DNA of 64,000 nucleotides from an uncultured delta proteobacterium (GCA_963727865.1 CAVSHY010000017.1:109-64108), one strand, 5' to 3'; numbered from the stretch's first letter, positions 8,764 through 18,005 are shown. Notes: generated from the letters alone by a model not told the origin. Made by a program: numbers and translations.

Positions 8764-10953
8764 CTACTTCTTGAGTTTAAACCTTCTTATGCTCTCCATG
8801 AGGTTTTTATTCATTTCGGCCATTTCATCAAATGACCTGTCGGTCTCTTTTGTCTTCTCTATATTTTCCATGGATACCTTCCTCACCGTGTCTATGGCTT
8901 CAAGTACCTTTACGGTATTCCTGCTCTGGTCCCTGACCAGATGCTTGATGTGCGTGATTATCTTATTAAGTTCTTCCATCGTCGCGGTAATATGGTTATT
9001 CGACTCGACCTGCGATCTTGCAGAACCTTTTACCTTATACGCTATCTCCGCCATGCGTTCCGATGCTTTATTGATAAGCTCGCTGCCTCTGGCCTGTTCC
9101 TGCGTGGCGTTTACTATTCTCCGGGTCATCCCGGCGACCTTCTCAATCGCTTCCACAACCATGCGGCTTTGCCGTGCTTGTTCTCCCGCGGCCTTTGCTA
9201 TCTCCAGGACGCTGCCGGTCGATCTCTGGGCGCTGCCGACTATCTTTTTAAGTCCTTCTCCGGATTCTATAGAAAGCCTTGCCCCTTCTTCAGCGTTCCC
9301 AAACCCCTTTTCTATCGACTTGACGGCCCTTTCGCTCTCTATTTCAACCGCCTGGATTATCTCAGAGACCTCCTTTGCCGATGTGGAGGTCCTTTCAGCA
9401 AGGTCCTTCATCTCGTTAGCGACAACAGAGAAGCTCTTGCCGTGTTCGCCGGATTGCGCCGCTATAATGGCGGCGTTAAGGGCCAGGAGGTTTGTCTCCT
9501 CCGCGACATCCTGAATTACATTCAGAATTTTATTTATCTCCTTGATCCTGTCGCACAGGCTATTCATAATAAGGGTTGACTCGCCGGCGGTCTCCTTGAT
9601 CTTCATTATGCCGTCTATTGAGCGCTCCACGGTCTCCATCCCGGCCCTGGCGTCCCTTATAACGCCGTCCGCGAACCTGGCGGCTTCCGCGGCGTTCGTC
9701 TCAACTTCCTTGATCCGCGCGTTTATCTGCGCCATGGATGCAGATACCTGGGTTATTGCGGAAGAAAGGTTTTCAATATTTTCAGAAATCTCCTTTATTG
9801 AGAAAGACATGTCTTTGGTCGATTCCGCCGTCTCGTCCACGCTTGAAAAAAGCGATTCCATGTTGTCCGCGATCTCGTTCACGCTCGCGCCGAGATCAAG
9901 CAGAGAGGAAGAACCGCGCTCAATTAATGATGCGAATATCCCGGTCTCCCGGGATATCTCATCCACGAACGCACCGATTTCCTCCATATTCTCCCTGATG
10001 GAATCCAGTGTCATTCCCTGCTTGTTGGACCCCTCAAGCACGTGCCTGCTCATTTCCAATACCCTGTCAGAGATCTCCCCTTCTCTCTCGGAAGCACGCC
10101 GTATCTCTTCGATAGCACCGTGGAAGTTTCTTACCAGATCATTTATGCGGGCGGCGAGGTCCCCTATCTCATCGTTCGATTCCACGGACACTTCATTTGT
10201 GAGGTCGCCCATGGCAAGATATTTCGTATTGTCAGAGAGGTTCAATATCGGGGTTGTCACGACCCGCCTGATAAAGTAAAGTCCCGCGAGACCCATAAGA
10301 AGCATAACGGCAAACCCGTAGCCGATGGAACGCCAGACCCATGAGACAGCCGCTGCTGTCTCGTCCTGTATGGGCACTACGATCTCAAGGCCCCCGATAA
10401 CATCTCCTATCCTGTAATCCCTCCTGGGGCTGGACGGGTAACTATTATGGCAATCGACGCAGGTCTGCGAGGTGGCTATATCAGGCACCATGTACCTCAG
10501 GGACTCTACTCCGTTATATTTTTCAAAGCTGAAGCGCCTGGTGTCGGCGCCTTTGGAAAACAGTTCGAGGGCCTCCCGCTGAAAAGAATCCTTCGGCGCG
10601 CTGGCCGGGTTGATGGGACTGAGGCTTACGATCCCAATGTGAAAATCGCTTTCACCGCCTAAAGACTGCGCGACCTCTTTTATGAAAGTGGCGGGAAGAG
10701 GGATCGATTTGTCGATATCGTGATATGACCCGCTTACGGTAAGGCCCGCGTCCAATGCCCTTTTGACGACTGTGGCGGTATAGAATTGCCTATCCGCGGT
10801 TATTTCCCTTGAAAGGTAGCTTGCCGTCGTCAAAGCCATCCTTCTGGTCTGCGCGATCCTTTCCCTGTAGATATAAACGCCGTAGATCCCGAAAATGACA
10901 GTCCAGATCAAAACTGCGAATATTAATAACTTGACCCTGATGCTAAACCTCAT
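8764..10953 (-). CDS. Methyl-accepting chemotaxis protein with a periplasmic heme-c (DUF3365/Tll0287-like) sensor domain
   Basis: N-terminal TM helix, then a periplasmic domain ending in CVDCHNSYPSSPRRDYRIGDVIGGLEIVVP (CxxCH plus the DUF3365-type tail). A second TM helix, a HAMP domain and a long helical signalling domain with TNLLALNAAIIAAQSGEHGKSFSVVANEMKDLAE follow. ATG 10953 is preferred over GTG 10962. Confidence 0.85.
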   Translation of the reverse strand: MRFSIRVKLLIFAVLIWTVIFGIYGVYIYRERIAQTRRMALTTASYLSREITADRQFYTATVVKRALDAGLTVSGSYHDIDKSIPLPATFIKEVAQSLGGESDFHIGIVSLSPINPASAPKDSFQREALELFSKGADTRRFSFEKYNGVESLRYMVPDIATSQTCVDCHNSYPSSPRRDYRIGDVIGGLEIVVPIQDETAAAVSWVWRSIGYGFAVMLLMGLAGLYFIRRVVTTPILNLSDNTKYLAMGDLTNEVSVESNDEIGDLAARINDLVRNFHGAIEEIRRASEREGEISDRVLEMSRHVLEGSNKQGMTLDSIRENMEEIGAFVDEISRETGIFASLIERGSSSLLDLGASVNEIADNMESLFSSVDETAESTKDMSFSIKEISENIENLSSAITQVSASMAQINARIKEVETNAAEAARFADGVIRDARAGMETVERSIDGIMKIKETAGESTLIMNSLCDRIKEINKILNVIQDVAEETNLLALNAAIIAAQSGEHGKSFSVVANEMKDLAERTSTSAKEVSEIIQAVEIESERAVKSIEKGFGNAEEGARLSIESGEGLKKIVGSAQRSTGSVLEIAKAAGEQARQSRMVVEAIEKVAGMTRRIVNATQEQARGSELINKASERMAEIAYKVKGSARSQVESNNHITATMEELNKIITHIKHLVRDQSRNTVKVLEAIDTVRKVSMENIEKTKETDRSFDEMAEMNKNLMESIRRFKLKK

Positions 10954-11155
10954 AATCCTCACGTTCCTCTGAAGTTTCAGATAGGGGGCATTTTCAAAAA
11001 AACAACGTAACTACGGCTATTTACCCGATATTATAGTATAAACTGGCTTTTTACAAGATTTTTCTATTAACGGTTTGCGGGAAAAGGAGATCTCTCAGAA
11101 TGGAAAAATACATAAGTATCAAGGAGGATAGTTACCGTAAAAAACTTCATCGTGC

Positions 11156-12697
11156 CTACACAACGCGCTTAGCGGCTTTAAGGTCGCCATGAAACCTAAC
11201 AAGGCTTCTCAGGAACCGGCGCCTCTCTACGGCGGAAAACCATGCCGTTTTTATCCATGTCCTGTCGACAGACTTTTTTAGAACCGGGGGACGTCGACTG
11301 TTGATACGCTCCGTTAGCCATTCATTTCCTCTTCTAAAATGACAATCCCCCGTTACACAGCCGGCGATGAAAACCCCGTCGAAGAGTCCATCCTCGACCG
11401 ACATCGCGATCATCGAAGGTTGAAGCTGACCTATGCACTGAAGCGTCAGTACCCTGGCCCATTCAAACCCCTTAAGGCTTTCCCCGCCGTCCATATAAAC
11501 CCCTTTCGCGCAGGAAAATACTAAAACTTTCGTATCCTGCCCCTCTTCTTTAAGTTCTTCCGAAAGTCTCTTTATCTCGCTTTTTAAATAATCCTCGGTC
11601 ATATCCGGCAGGCTCATGGCCTTATAATCACAGGACCCGGTGCATACGCCGCAGCTCGCGCACCTCTTGGGATTAACCACGGCCTCGAGGTCATACGGCA
11701 TATCGTCAGTCCTCGGCCTCATCCGTATGGCCTCATAAGGGCAATCCTCCATGCAGAGCTCGCACCCCGTGCAATTCCTGTACGTTACAACGGCCGCAGC
11801 CTTGCTCTCTTCGCGCGTAAGCCAGGGCACTATTGCTACTATCATTGTAACCGAAACCACAAAGAGCCATACGGCGCGCGCCGGCATATGCCTTAAGAGC
11901 GGATAGACAAACATGAAAAGCCAGTCAAAGGGCACGGCTGGAGAGAGCTTTTTAAGGTCAGCCGGAGGAGCGCTTACCGCCGGGTGGATTAGCGCGATGA
12001 CGAGAAGCGTTATTACGACCGCGTAAGCCATTACCCGCGGCGGTGTGATTATCGCCTTCGTAATCCTGCTCAAGTGCACCATGAGCAGTATAAAGACGAC
12101 CACTATGGAGAAAAAGTGTATGACGAGTATTATGTAGAAGAACTCATCCGTGATATTTTGAATGCTTGCGAAACTGATACTGAGGGGCATTCCCAAAAAT
12201 GGCACGCTCTCCAGCATCCGCGATGAAAACAGGGCTATAAACTTCGCCCTTTCGTCCCAGACCATCCAGTACCCGAATATGCCGCCTATCCATATTATCC
12301 ACATTAAAATCACGCCCGATACCCACGCGATCCATCTCCAGCGCTTGTACCTGTCGAGCGCGTAGCAGCGAAGCGTATGCATGATGCCCGCGAAGACAAG
12401 ACCCTCGGCTGAGTACCTGTGGAGGCTCCTCATAACCCCGCCCAGATACCACTGATCTGCCGTAAGATGCTTAACAGAGTCGTAGGCGCCCCGCGCCGTA
12501 ATAGTATAGAATATGAAAAGGTATATCCCTGAAATAATGATTATCCAGAGGAAAAATATGCCTATCGCGCCTATATAATAAAAGGGGTTATATTCGGAGG
12601 TTGTCAGGGCGTCTATGGTCTTTTCAACACTGAGCCATAGTTTCTCAATAACGCCCGCGGCTTCGAACTTTCTTACGTTTTCAGTATTTTTTGCCAT
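11156..12697 (-). CDS. Fusion protein: di-heme cytochrome b (6 TM) + 2x[4Fe-4S] ferredoxin + MvhD/FlpD-like domain (copy 1)
   Basis: Cytochrome b His pairs at canonical spacing (SLHRYSAEGLVFAGIMH and VIHFFSIVVVFILLMVH). A PEWY-equivalent loop PFDWLF. Cluster motifs CTGCELCMEDCP and CASCGVCTGSC. The C-terminus LQCIGQLQPSM...DGVFIAGCVTGDCHFRRGNEW resembles MvhD. The start is ATG 12697. Confidence 0.85.
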   Translation of the reverse strand: MAKNTENVRKFEAAGVIEKLWLSVEKTIDALTTSEYNPFYYIGAIGIFFLWIIIISGIYLFIFYTITARGAYDSVKHLTADQWYLGGVMRSLHRYSAEGLVFAGIMHTLRCYALDRYKRWRWIAWVSGVILMWIIWIGGIFGYWMVWDERAKFIALFSSRMLESVPFLGMPLSISFASIQNITDEFFYIILVIHFFSIVVVFILLMVHLSRITKAIITPPRVMAYAVVITLLVIALIHPAVSAPPADLKKLSPAVPFDWLFMFVYPLLRHMPARAVWLFVVSVTMIVAIVPWLTREESKAAAVVTYRNCTGCELCMEDCPYEAIRMRPRTDDMPYDLEAVVNPKRCASCGVCTGSCDYKAMSLPDMTEDYLKSEIKRLSEELKEEGQDTKVLVFSCAKGVYMDGGESLKGFEWARVLTLQCIGQLQPSMIAMSVEDGLFDGVFIAGCVTGDCHFRRGNEWLTERINSRRPPVLKKSVDRTWIKTAWFSAVERRRFLRSLVRFHGDLKAAKRVV

Positions 12698-12877
12698 CAA
12701 GCAGAGGATCCTTTGAAAGGGCGCGGGTATGGTAAATTAACTTCTGCATTATAGATTTTTTTCAGGGTTTTGTTAAGACGGAAATGCCGGCACAAAATCT
12801 CTTTTAACCGCTCTAAAAGTGGTTTTGCGCCGGGGCGGGAATTCCCCCGGAGTACCGGGCGGTCCTTATCAAGGCTT

Positions 12878-13468
12878 TTATTCGAGGACGAGCTTATTGG
12901 TAGCGTTGTCGAACCTCAGGAGTAAAATCTGCCTTGGTTTTATGTCAACGGTTTCTTCTATGGTAAAATCAGGCTTATCTTTAGCGCCGCTGTCATATAA
13001 ACCGGCGGAAATCCTGTGAGTCCCAGGTTTTACAATGAACTCATCATACGCGTAAGAGGCCATATCCCTCTTTATACCCTTCGGTTTATAAGCCCTGTCA
13101 AGCATAATATTGCCATCAACGGAAAGCTCAACGACCACGGGGAACCTTTCACGCGGGCAGCCGGACAACCTTCCCATGTTCATTTTTATGCGTTTTTCCG
13201 TCTTAAGGATTTCGCGGTATCTTTCGCCCTCTTTCTTGATGACATCGGCCTCGTTGCAGTTCGCTATCCTTTTCCCGGTGTGCTGGAAGGCCACTTTTAT
13301 TGACGCCTCGCCGGGAGAATAGAACGAATAGGAAGAATTCGAAAGATAAAATACCGGCAAAGCAAACATAACCAAAAGGACCACTATGACTTTTATGAGG
13401 CTTACCATGTCAAACGGTTTTTCCCCGCCAGCTTCAACCGATTTTTTATTTGTATGAGCATTACCCAT
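12878..13468 (-). CDS. Membrane-anchored hypothetical protein (single N-terminal TM, beta-rich extracytoplasmic domain)
   Basis: 196 aa. TM helix LIKVIVVLLVMFALPVFYL followed by a beta-strand-like pattern. Its ATG lies 2 nt after the stop of the upstream cytochrome b fusion, which suggests translational coupling. No family recognised. Confidence 0.6.
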   Translation of the reverse strand: MGNAHTNKKSVEAGGEKPFDMVSLIKVIVVLLVMFALPVFYLSNSSYSFYSPGEASIKVAFQHTGKRIANCNEADVIKKEGERYREILKTEKRIKMNMGRLSGCPRERFPVVVELSVDGNIMLDRAYKPKGIKRDMASYAYDEFIVKPGTHRISAGLYDSGAKDKPDFTIEETVDIKPRQILLLRFDNATNKLVLE

Positions 13469-13470
13469 GT

Positions 13471-15006
13471 TTAAACGCTCCTTTTGTCATTAAGGTTCTT
13501 ATGGAACTCTCCGAGTTCCTCCAAAAGCGGGCCTTTTTCCACAGCCGACAGCCACGCGGTCTTTATCCTGCTTCTATCTATCGATTTTTTGACTACAGGC
13601 GTACGGTAACCGTTGATGCGTCCCGCGAGCCATTCGTTGCCGCGCCTGAAGCTGCAATCGCCCAACCTGCATCCGGCGATAAAAACCCCGTCGACCCCTT
13701 TTTCAAAAGGTATATCAAGCATCGACGGCTGGAGAGTACCTATGCACTGAAGGGTTATAACCCGCGCCCATTCAAAACCCCTGACCTTGCCGCCAGCGTC
13801 AATTGTATCGTCCGGCCAGGCGCCCATGGCGCACGCGAATACTATTACCTTCTTACCGCGAGATGCCCCCATAAGTTCATCCGAAAGCTTCCCTATCTCA
13901 TTTTTTACCGCTTCTTCAGTCAGATCGGGGAAGTTAAGCGCCCTGTAATCGCACGCCCCCATGCATACGCCGCAGCTCGCGCACCTGCTCGGAATCACGA
14001 CGGCCTCGAGCTCATACGGCATGCCGTCTGTCCTGGGCCTCATCTGAATCGCCCCGTACGGGCAGTCTTCCTTGCAGAGCTCGCAGCCGGTGCAATTCTC
14101 TTTATGCACTTCTATCTCAGGGGTCTTCCTTACGCGGGTCAGCCAGGGGATAATGCTTACCATGAGAACCACGGAAACTATAAAGAGCCACAGTTCACGC
14201 TCAGAGAGGTATCTCAAGAGCGGGAAGACAAACATGTAAAACCAGTCAAAGGGCACGGACTGCGGCAGCACCTTGAGGTCAGCGGGGGCGGCGCTTACGG
14301 CGGGGCGGAGGAACGCCAAAAGGAACAGCACGAAAACGAGCACGTAGGCGACTGCTTTCGGCGGGTTAATTACGGACCTGGCGACCCTGCCCAGATGTAT
14401 CATAACGAGGACCGTGACGACTATTATGGAGACAAAGTGTATGGCAAGGATGAGATAGAATACCTGGTCCGCCAGGTTTTCGATCCTCGCGAAGCTAATG
14501 CTCAAGGGCATCCCGAAAACCGGTATCGATTCGATCATCCGCGATAAAAATATCGCGATAAACTTCGCCCTTTCATCCCACACCAGTACGTAGCCGAAGA
14601 TGCCTCCTATCCATATTATGAGGACCATCATTATCCCGGTTACCCATGAGACCCATCTCGTGTGCTTATACCTGTCGAGCACATAATGGCGCACCCCATG
14701 GGTCAGGGCGGCGATGACCAGACCGCCGGAGGCGTACCTGTGAAGGCTCCTGATGATCCCGCCGAGATACCACTGATGCACGGTAAGGTACTCGACGGAG
14801 TTATACGCCCCTGACGCGCTTATACCGTAGAATACGAAAAGGTAGATGCCGGTAATAAAGATTATCCAGAGGAAAAAGATGCTTACCGCCCCGAGATAAT
14901 AAAAGGGGTTGTATTCGGAAGTCGTCAAAAGGTTTAAAAACTTCTCAATCTTAAGCCAGAGGCCCCAGAGCGGGCCCGGCCTTTTATATGCTCTCGCGCC
15001 TTCCAT
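13471..15006 (-). CDS. Fusion protein: di-heme cytochrome b (6 TM) + 2x[4Fe-4S] ferredoxin + MvhD/FlpD-like domain (copy 2)
   Basis: Paralogue of 11156-12697 with the same architecture: SLHRYASGGLVIAALTH, AIHFVSIIVVTVLVMIH, PFDWFYMF, CTGCELCKEDCP, CASCGVCMGAC, LQCIGTLQPSM...DGVFIAGCRLGDCSFRRGNEW. The start is ATG 15006. Confidence 0.85.
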   Translation of the reverse strand: MEGARAYKRPGPLWGLWLKIEKFLNLLTTSEYNPFYYLGAVSIFFLWIIFITGIYLFVFYGISASGAYNSVEYLTVHQWYLGGIIRSLHRYASGGLVIAALTHGVRHYVLDRYKHTRWVSWVTGIMMVLIIWIGGIFGYVLVWDERAKFIAIFLSRMIESIPVFGMPLSISFARIENLADQVFYLILAIHFVSIIVVTVLVMIHLGRVARSVINPPKAVAYVLVFVLFLLAFLRPAVSAAPADLKVLPQSVPFDWFYMFVFPLLRYLSERELWLFIVSVVLMVSIIPWLTRVRKTPEIEVHKENCTGCELCKEDCPYGAIQMRPRTDGMPYELEAVVIPSRCASCGVCMGACDYRALNFPDLTEEAVKNEIGKLSDELMGASRGKKVIVFACAMGAWPDDTIDAGGKVRGFEWARVITLQCIGTLQPSMLDIPFEKGVDGVFIAGCRLGDCSFRRGNEWLAGRINGYRTPVVKKSIDRSRIKTAWLSAVEKGPLLEELGEFHKNLNDKRSV

Positions 15007-15081
15007 CAACTTTTGTCCTCTTTTTAATTTATTTCTTTAAATCAGGAAACTCCAGGTCTGTCATGCTGCAGGCTCCGATCT

Positions 15082-15912
15082 TCAGGGGCCGCGCCCAAAA
15101 CGCCTTCTCGAAAAATTCAGCATCCTGCGGCCCCATACCGCGATGAATACGGCCCCGATAAAAAGAAACTCCAGGAAGAAACCGACCAGCGTCGGATAAT
15201 CTATAACATTCCTGCCCGTAACGGGATCATACCTGGTACAGAAAAAAGCTATCCTTGTTATCAATGAAGTGGTTCTTGAAGTCTGCGCTTTCCCCGTAAG
15301 GAGTTCTTCTATCCTCAAGCCGATTGAATTTGACTGGGTCCTTACGCCGTATACCTGCTTATAGATAACGCCGTCAGGCCTTATGACCGACGCCATATCT
15401 ATATGGTCAAAACCGCCTGTATCATTCCGTACATGGAAAAAACCGAATTGCCCGGTCAGCTTTTCCATCGTCGCCTCATCGGATGTGGCAAACCTGAAAT
15501 TCCTGAAGTCCGAAGTAAAACGGCGCCCATACTCCTTGAGTTTTTCAGGCTTATCCCTTGCGGGGTCGAAGGCTATGCTTAAGACGTTAAACCTGTCGCC
15601 GAACTTTTGCCGCGCCTCGTTGACAGCCTTTTTAAATTCCGCCGTTATTGTCGGGCAGACATCCTTACAGGTCGTGTATATGAAACTTACCACGAGGGGT
15701 TTACCGGTCTTAAAATATTCGCTCAGCTTAAATCCCGCGCCGTCCTGGTCAATCAGGTTATAATCGTCAAGCCTTGCGCCTTCCGCCCTTGCGGAGTTTT
15801 CAAAGGCTTTCCTCAGCGCCTCGACATCCGCGTCCCGCGCGAAAACGCCTGAAGGCAGCAAAAACATCATTAAAGCCGGCAAAAAATATGCGATCCTGTA
15901 ACACGGGTTCAT
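15082..15912 (-). CDS. SCO1/SenC family copper chaperone (thioredoxin fold), with a signal peptide and a C-terminal TM anchor
   Basis: CxxxC motif in FIYTTCKDVCPTITAEF and a downstream His (GGFDHID). The sequence is SCO1/SenC-like overall. The C-terminal hydrophobic helix is LVGFFLEFLFIGAVFIAVW. Confidence 0.85.
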   Translation of the reverse strand: MNPCYRIAYFLPALMMFLLPSGVFARDADVEALRKAFENSARAEGARLDDYNLIDQDGAGFKLSEYFKTGKPLVVSFIYTTCKDVCPTITAEFKKAVNEARQKFGDRFNVLSIAFDPARDKPEKLKEYGRRFTSDFRNFRFATSDEATMEKLTGQFGFFHVRNDTGGFDHIDMASVIRPDGVIYKQVYGVRTQSNSIGLRIEELLTGKAQTSRTTSLITRIAFFCTRYDPVTGRNVIDYPTLVGFFLEFLFIGAVFIAVWGRRMLNFSRRRFGRGP

Positions 15913-16016
15913 CCTTTACGCACCTCTTGGGGCCCCTAACATTAAAAGCCCCGCCAAGAACACCTTAGTAATTTAATCAGTTATTATTATAGTATCCGCA
16001 ATACCCGATGCGATGT

Positions 16017-16030
16017 ATGATTTTTATCAA
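16017..16030. promoter_or_regulatory. Candidate FNR/CRP-family box (aTGAT-N4-ATCAA) upstream of the SCO1 / cytochrome b fusion operon
   Basis: ATGATTTTTATCAA matches 9 of 10 positions of TTGAT-N4-ATCAA. It lies about 105-118 nt upstream of the SCO1 ATG in an AT-rich 369-nt intergenic region. A larger imperfect palindrome (ATCAATA-N12-TATTGAT) overlaps it. Confidence 0.3.
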
Positions 16031-16161
16031 TAGAAAATATTTTTTATTGATTTTATTAGACCGGCGGGCGGCGTTATTTCCGCGGCGTTACAAAAATTTA
16101 TTTTTAATAATAACTCCTATTCCAAATAATTACAAACCGCCCGCAACCGCCCCCTGTCAAA

Positions 16162-16199
16162 AACAACAGGGCTGCCCTTGAAAGGACAGCCCTGTTGTT
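16162..16199 (-). terminator. Rho-independent terminator after the heme-copper oxidase subunit I gene
   Basis: A 13-bp perfect stem AACAACAGGGCTG/CAGCCCTGTTGTT with a 12-nt loop. On the minus strand it is followed by TTTTTG. Confidence 0.75.
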
Positions 16200-16281
16200 A
16201 AGTATTATCGCTTACCCCGCGGCTTTTATCAGGGCAGGACGCCCGCTATGCGTTTTCAGTATCTGACCCCCGCCCCCCCGC

Positions 16282-17802
16282 TTACCCCTCTATCTTCTTA
16301 CCGAAGAAAATCGTTCCGAAGGCTATCAGTATGAAAAGAAGCCCTCCCACAACAGCTAATATCGCTGCTATGGCGAACGCGCTCAGGAACAGGAACGCGG
16401 TCGGGTCGAAGCTGAAGGGAAACGTCGCGCCTGAGAACGTTACGTCATAATGCCTTCTCGGTATGCCGAAGATACCCGAGCTCATCATGAATATCGACTG
16501 AAGCCCGATGGCTATGCCATAAAGATAGGGCTGGATCTGCGCCAGGCCTTTCCAGATAATCCTTCTCCTGAAGACATAGGGGATGAGGAGATAGGTGAAG
16601 CCCATGAAAGCGACCGTGGTGCCGGCGACGACCGTGCCGTGGAAGTGGCCTGTTATCGCCCAGGTATTATGACGGATGATATTATACTGGAGGGTGCCGA
16701 AGATGACGCCAGTGATACCGCCTATAAAGCCGAAGTTAAAGATCGAGATCACGATCCCGGAGAAAGCCGGATTACCCCACGGGGCCTTTTTAAGCCACTC
16801 GAAAAGCCCTCTCGTGTGGCCCTGCTCCCTGAGAGCGACTTCCATGGACGCGGGTATCGCGAAGGCATGGATCATGCTCGCCAGGACCGCCAGATGCATG
16901 ACGTAGCCGGTGTTCGCTATCTTATGCCAGGTGCCGATGACCGGGTCGACGAGCAGGTGGTGCTCGGAGGCGACGTTAATGAAGAGTATGTATAATATGA
17001 AGGCCGTTCTTGAGAGCTTTTCATTTACCGGCTTGCCGCCAAGAACCAGCGAGGAGGTCATGTACCATACCGCGACCATCGCGCAGACGTTTATCTGCTG
17101 CGAAGCGTGGCCAAGGCCCCAGAATACAAGCCTGTAGGCCGAGGGGTTTATCGACGGAATGTAGTCCAATGACCATAACAATGTCGGCACAAATATCCCG
17201 GCGCCGTGAAGGAGAGTAAAAATCCCTATTATGCTCGCCGCGCCAATGCCAAAGGTCCCGAGGGGAAGCGACCTCTTATACCCCCCCTCTCTCTTGGAGA
17301 GGGTTATGTTTACGAAGAAGAGTATGAATCCTAATAAGGCGCCTACGGCAAAGAGTATGACGCCGACGTAATAAAGAGGATCGGCCCTTAAAGGAACGTA
17401 GGAGGTGAATAAAACGTCTCCCCCTCCCATCAGGACCACGACGTTAATGACCGCCCCGCCTATAAGCATGAGCGCGAAGCCAAGCCACCCCAGACCCGGC
17501 CAGTGAGACCGGGTGCCAAGAAGCGCGGCAGAGGCGAAATGAACGAGCGCGATCTCGAAAAAGATTATCCACGCGAGCAAGGCGTCTATGCCGTGCAGCG
17601 TCAGAAACCTGTAGAAGAAAACAAGCGGAAGCAGATGCACGCTTGGCCACCTTGTCATCGCGACCAAGAAAGCAAAAAGCCCGCCTACCGCCAGGGTCGC
17701 GAAGGCCGCTATCAAGTTCCACTTGATAAGGTTAGCCGTGCCCTTGTCAATCCTGGCCTTAAGGCCGTCAAAGGGACTTTGCCATAGATCCAAGTCTGCC
17801 AT
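16282..17802 (-). CDS. Heme-copper oxidase superfamily subunit I, ba3 (B-family)-like but lacking the cross-linked Tyr (HASQQ); possibly NO-reductase-type
   Basis: 506 aa and about 12 TM helices. By-eye alignment with Thermus ba3 CbaA covers FLTLHG (heme b His), FWGLGHASQQ (ba3 has WWTGHPIVY), SEHHLL (ba3 has GFHHQF) and NTWAITGHFHGTVVAG (ba3 has NTAWVPGHFHLQVASL). Confidence 0.9.
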   Translation of the reverse strand: MADLDLWQSPFDGLKARIDKGTANLIKWNLIAAFATLAVGGLFAFLVAMTRWPSVHLLPLVFFYRFLTLHGIDALLAWIIFFEIALVHFASAALLGTRSHWPGLGWLGFALMLIGGAVINVVVLMGGGDVLFTSYVPLRADPLYYVGVILFAVGALLGFILFFVNITLSKREGGYKRSLPLGTFGIGAASIIGIFTLLHGAGIFVPTLLWSLDYIPSINPSAYRLVFWGLGHASQQINVCAMVAVWYMTSSLVLGGKPVNEKLSRTAFILYILFINVASEHHLLVDPVIGTWHKIANTGYVMHLAVLASMIHAFAIPASMEVALREQGHTRGLFEWLKKAPWGNPAFSGIVISIFNFGFIGGITGVIFGTLQYNIIRHNTWAITGHFHGTVVAGTTVAFMGFTYLLIPYVFRRRIIWKGLAQIQPYLYGIAIGLQSIFMMSSGIFGIPRRHYDVTFSGATFPFSFDPTAFLFLSAFAIAAILAVVGGLLFILIAFGTIFFGKKIEG

Positions 17803-18005
17803 CTTAAAAACCTCCCTTTCTGATTTAAACTATCCGGGATCGTCCCGGTAACCCGCTATTCCAGGCTTGCGCCTTATTATTACTTCAATAAATCCAGGCC
17901 GGCATGATTGTGGACGCGGTTCTGGCGGGCCTGCGCGCTATTAAAACCCTCCCCCTCTCCCTCCACGGCCAATCACAAACCATGATTCCGGCAACGCGGC
18001 TCCGC

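Noticed and set aside
16282-17802. Annotating the oxidase simply as cytochrome ba3 oxidase (O2 reductase) subunit I.
   Set aside because: Overall similarity is ba3-like, but the catalytic cross-link Tyr is replaced by Gln. The oxygen-reductase label is therefore not justified without phylogeny or biochemistry, and I use a neutral superfamily call.
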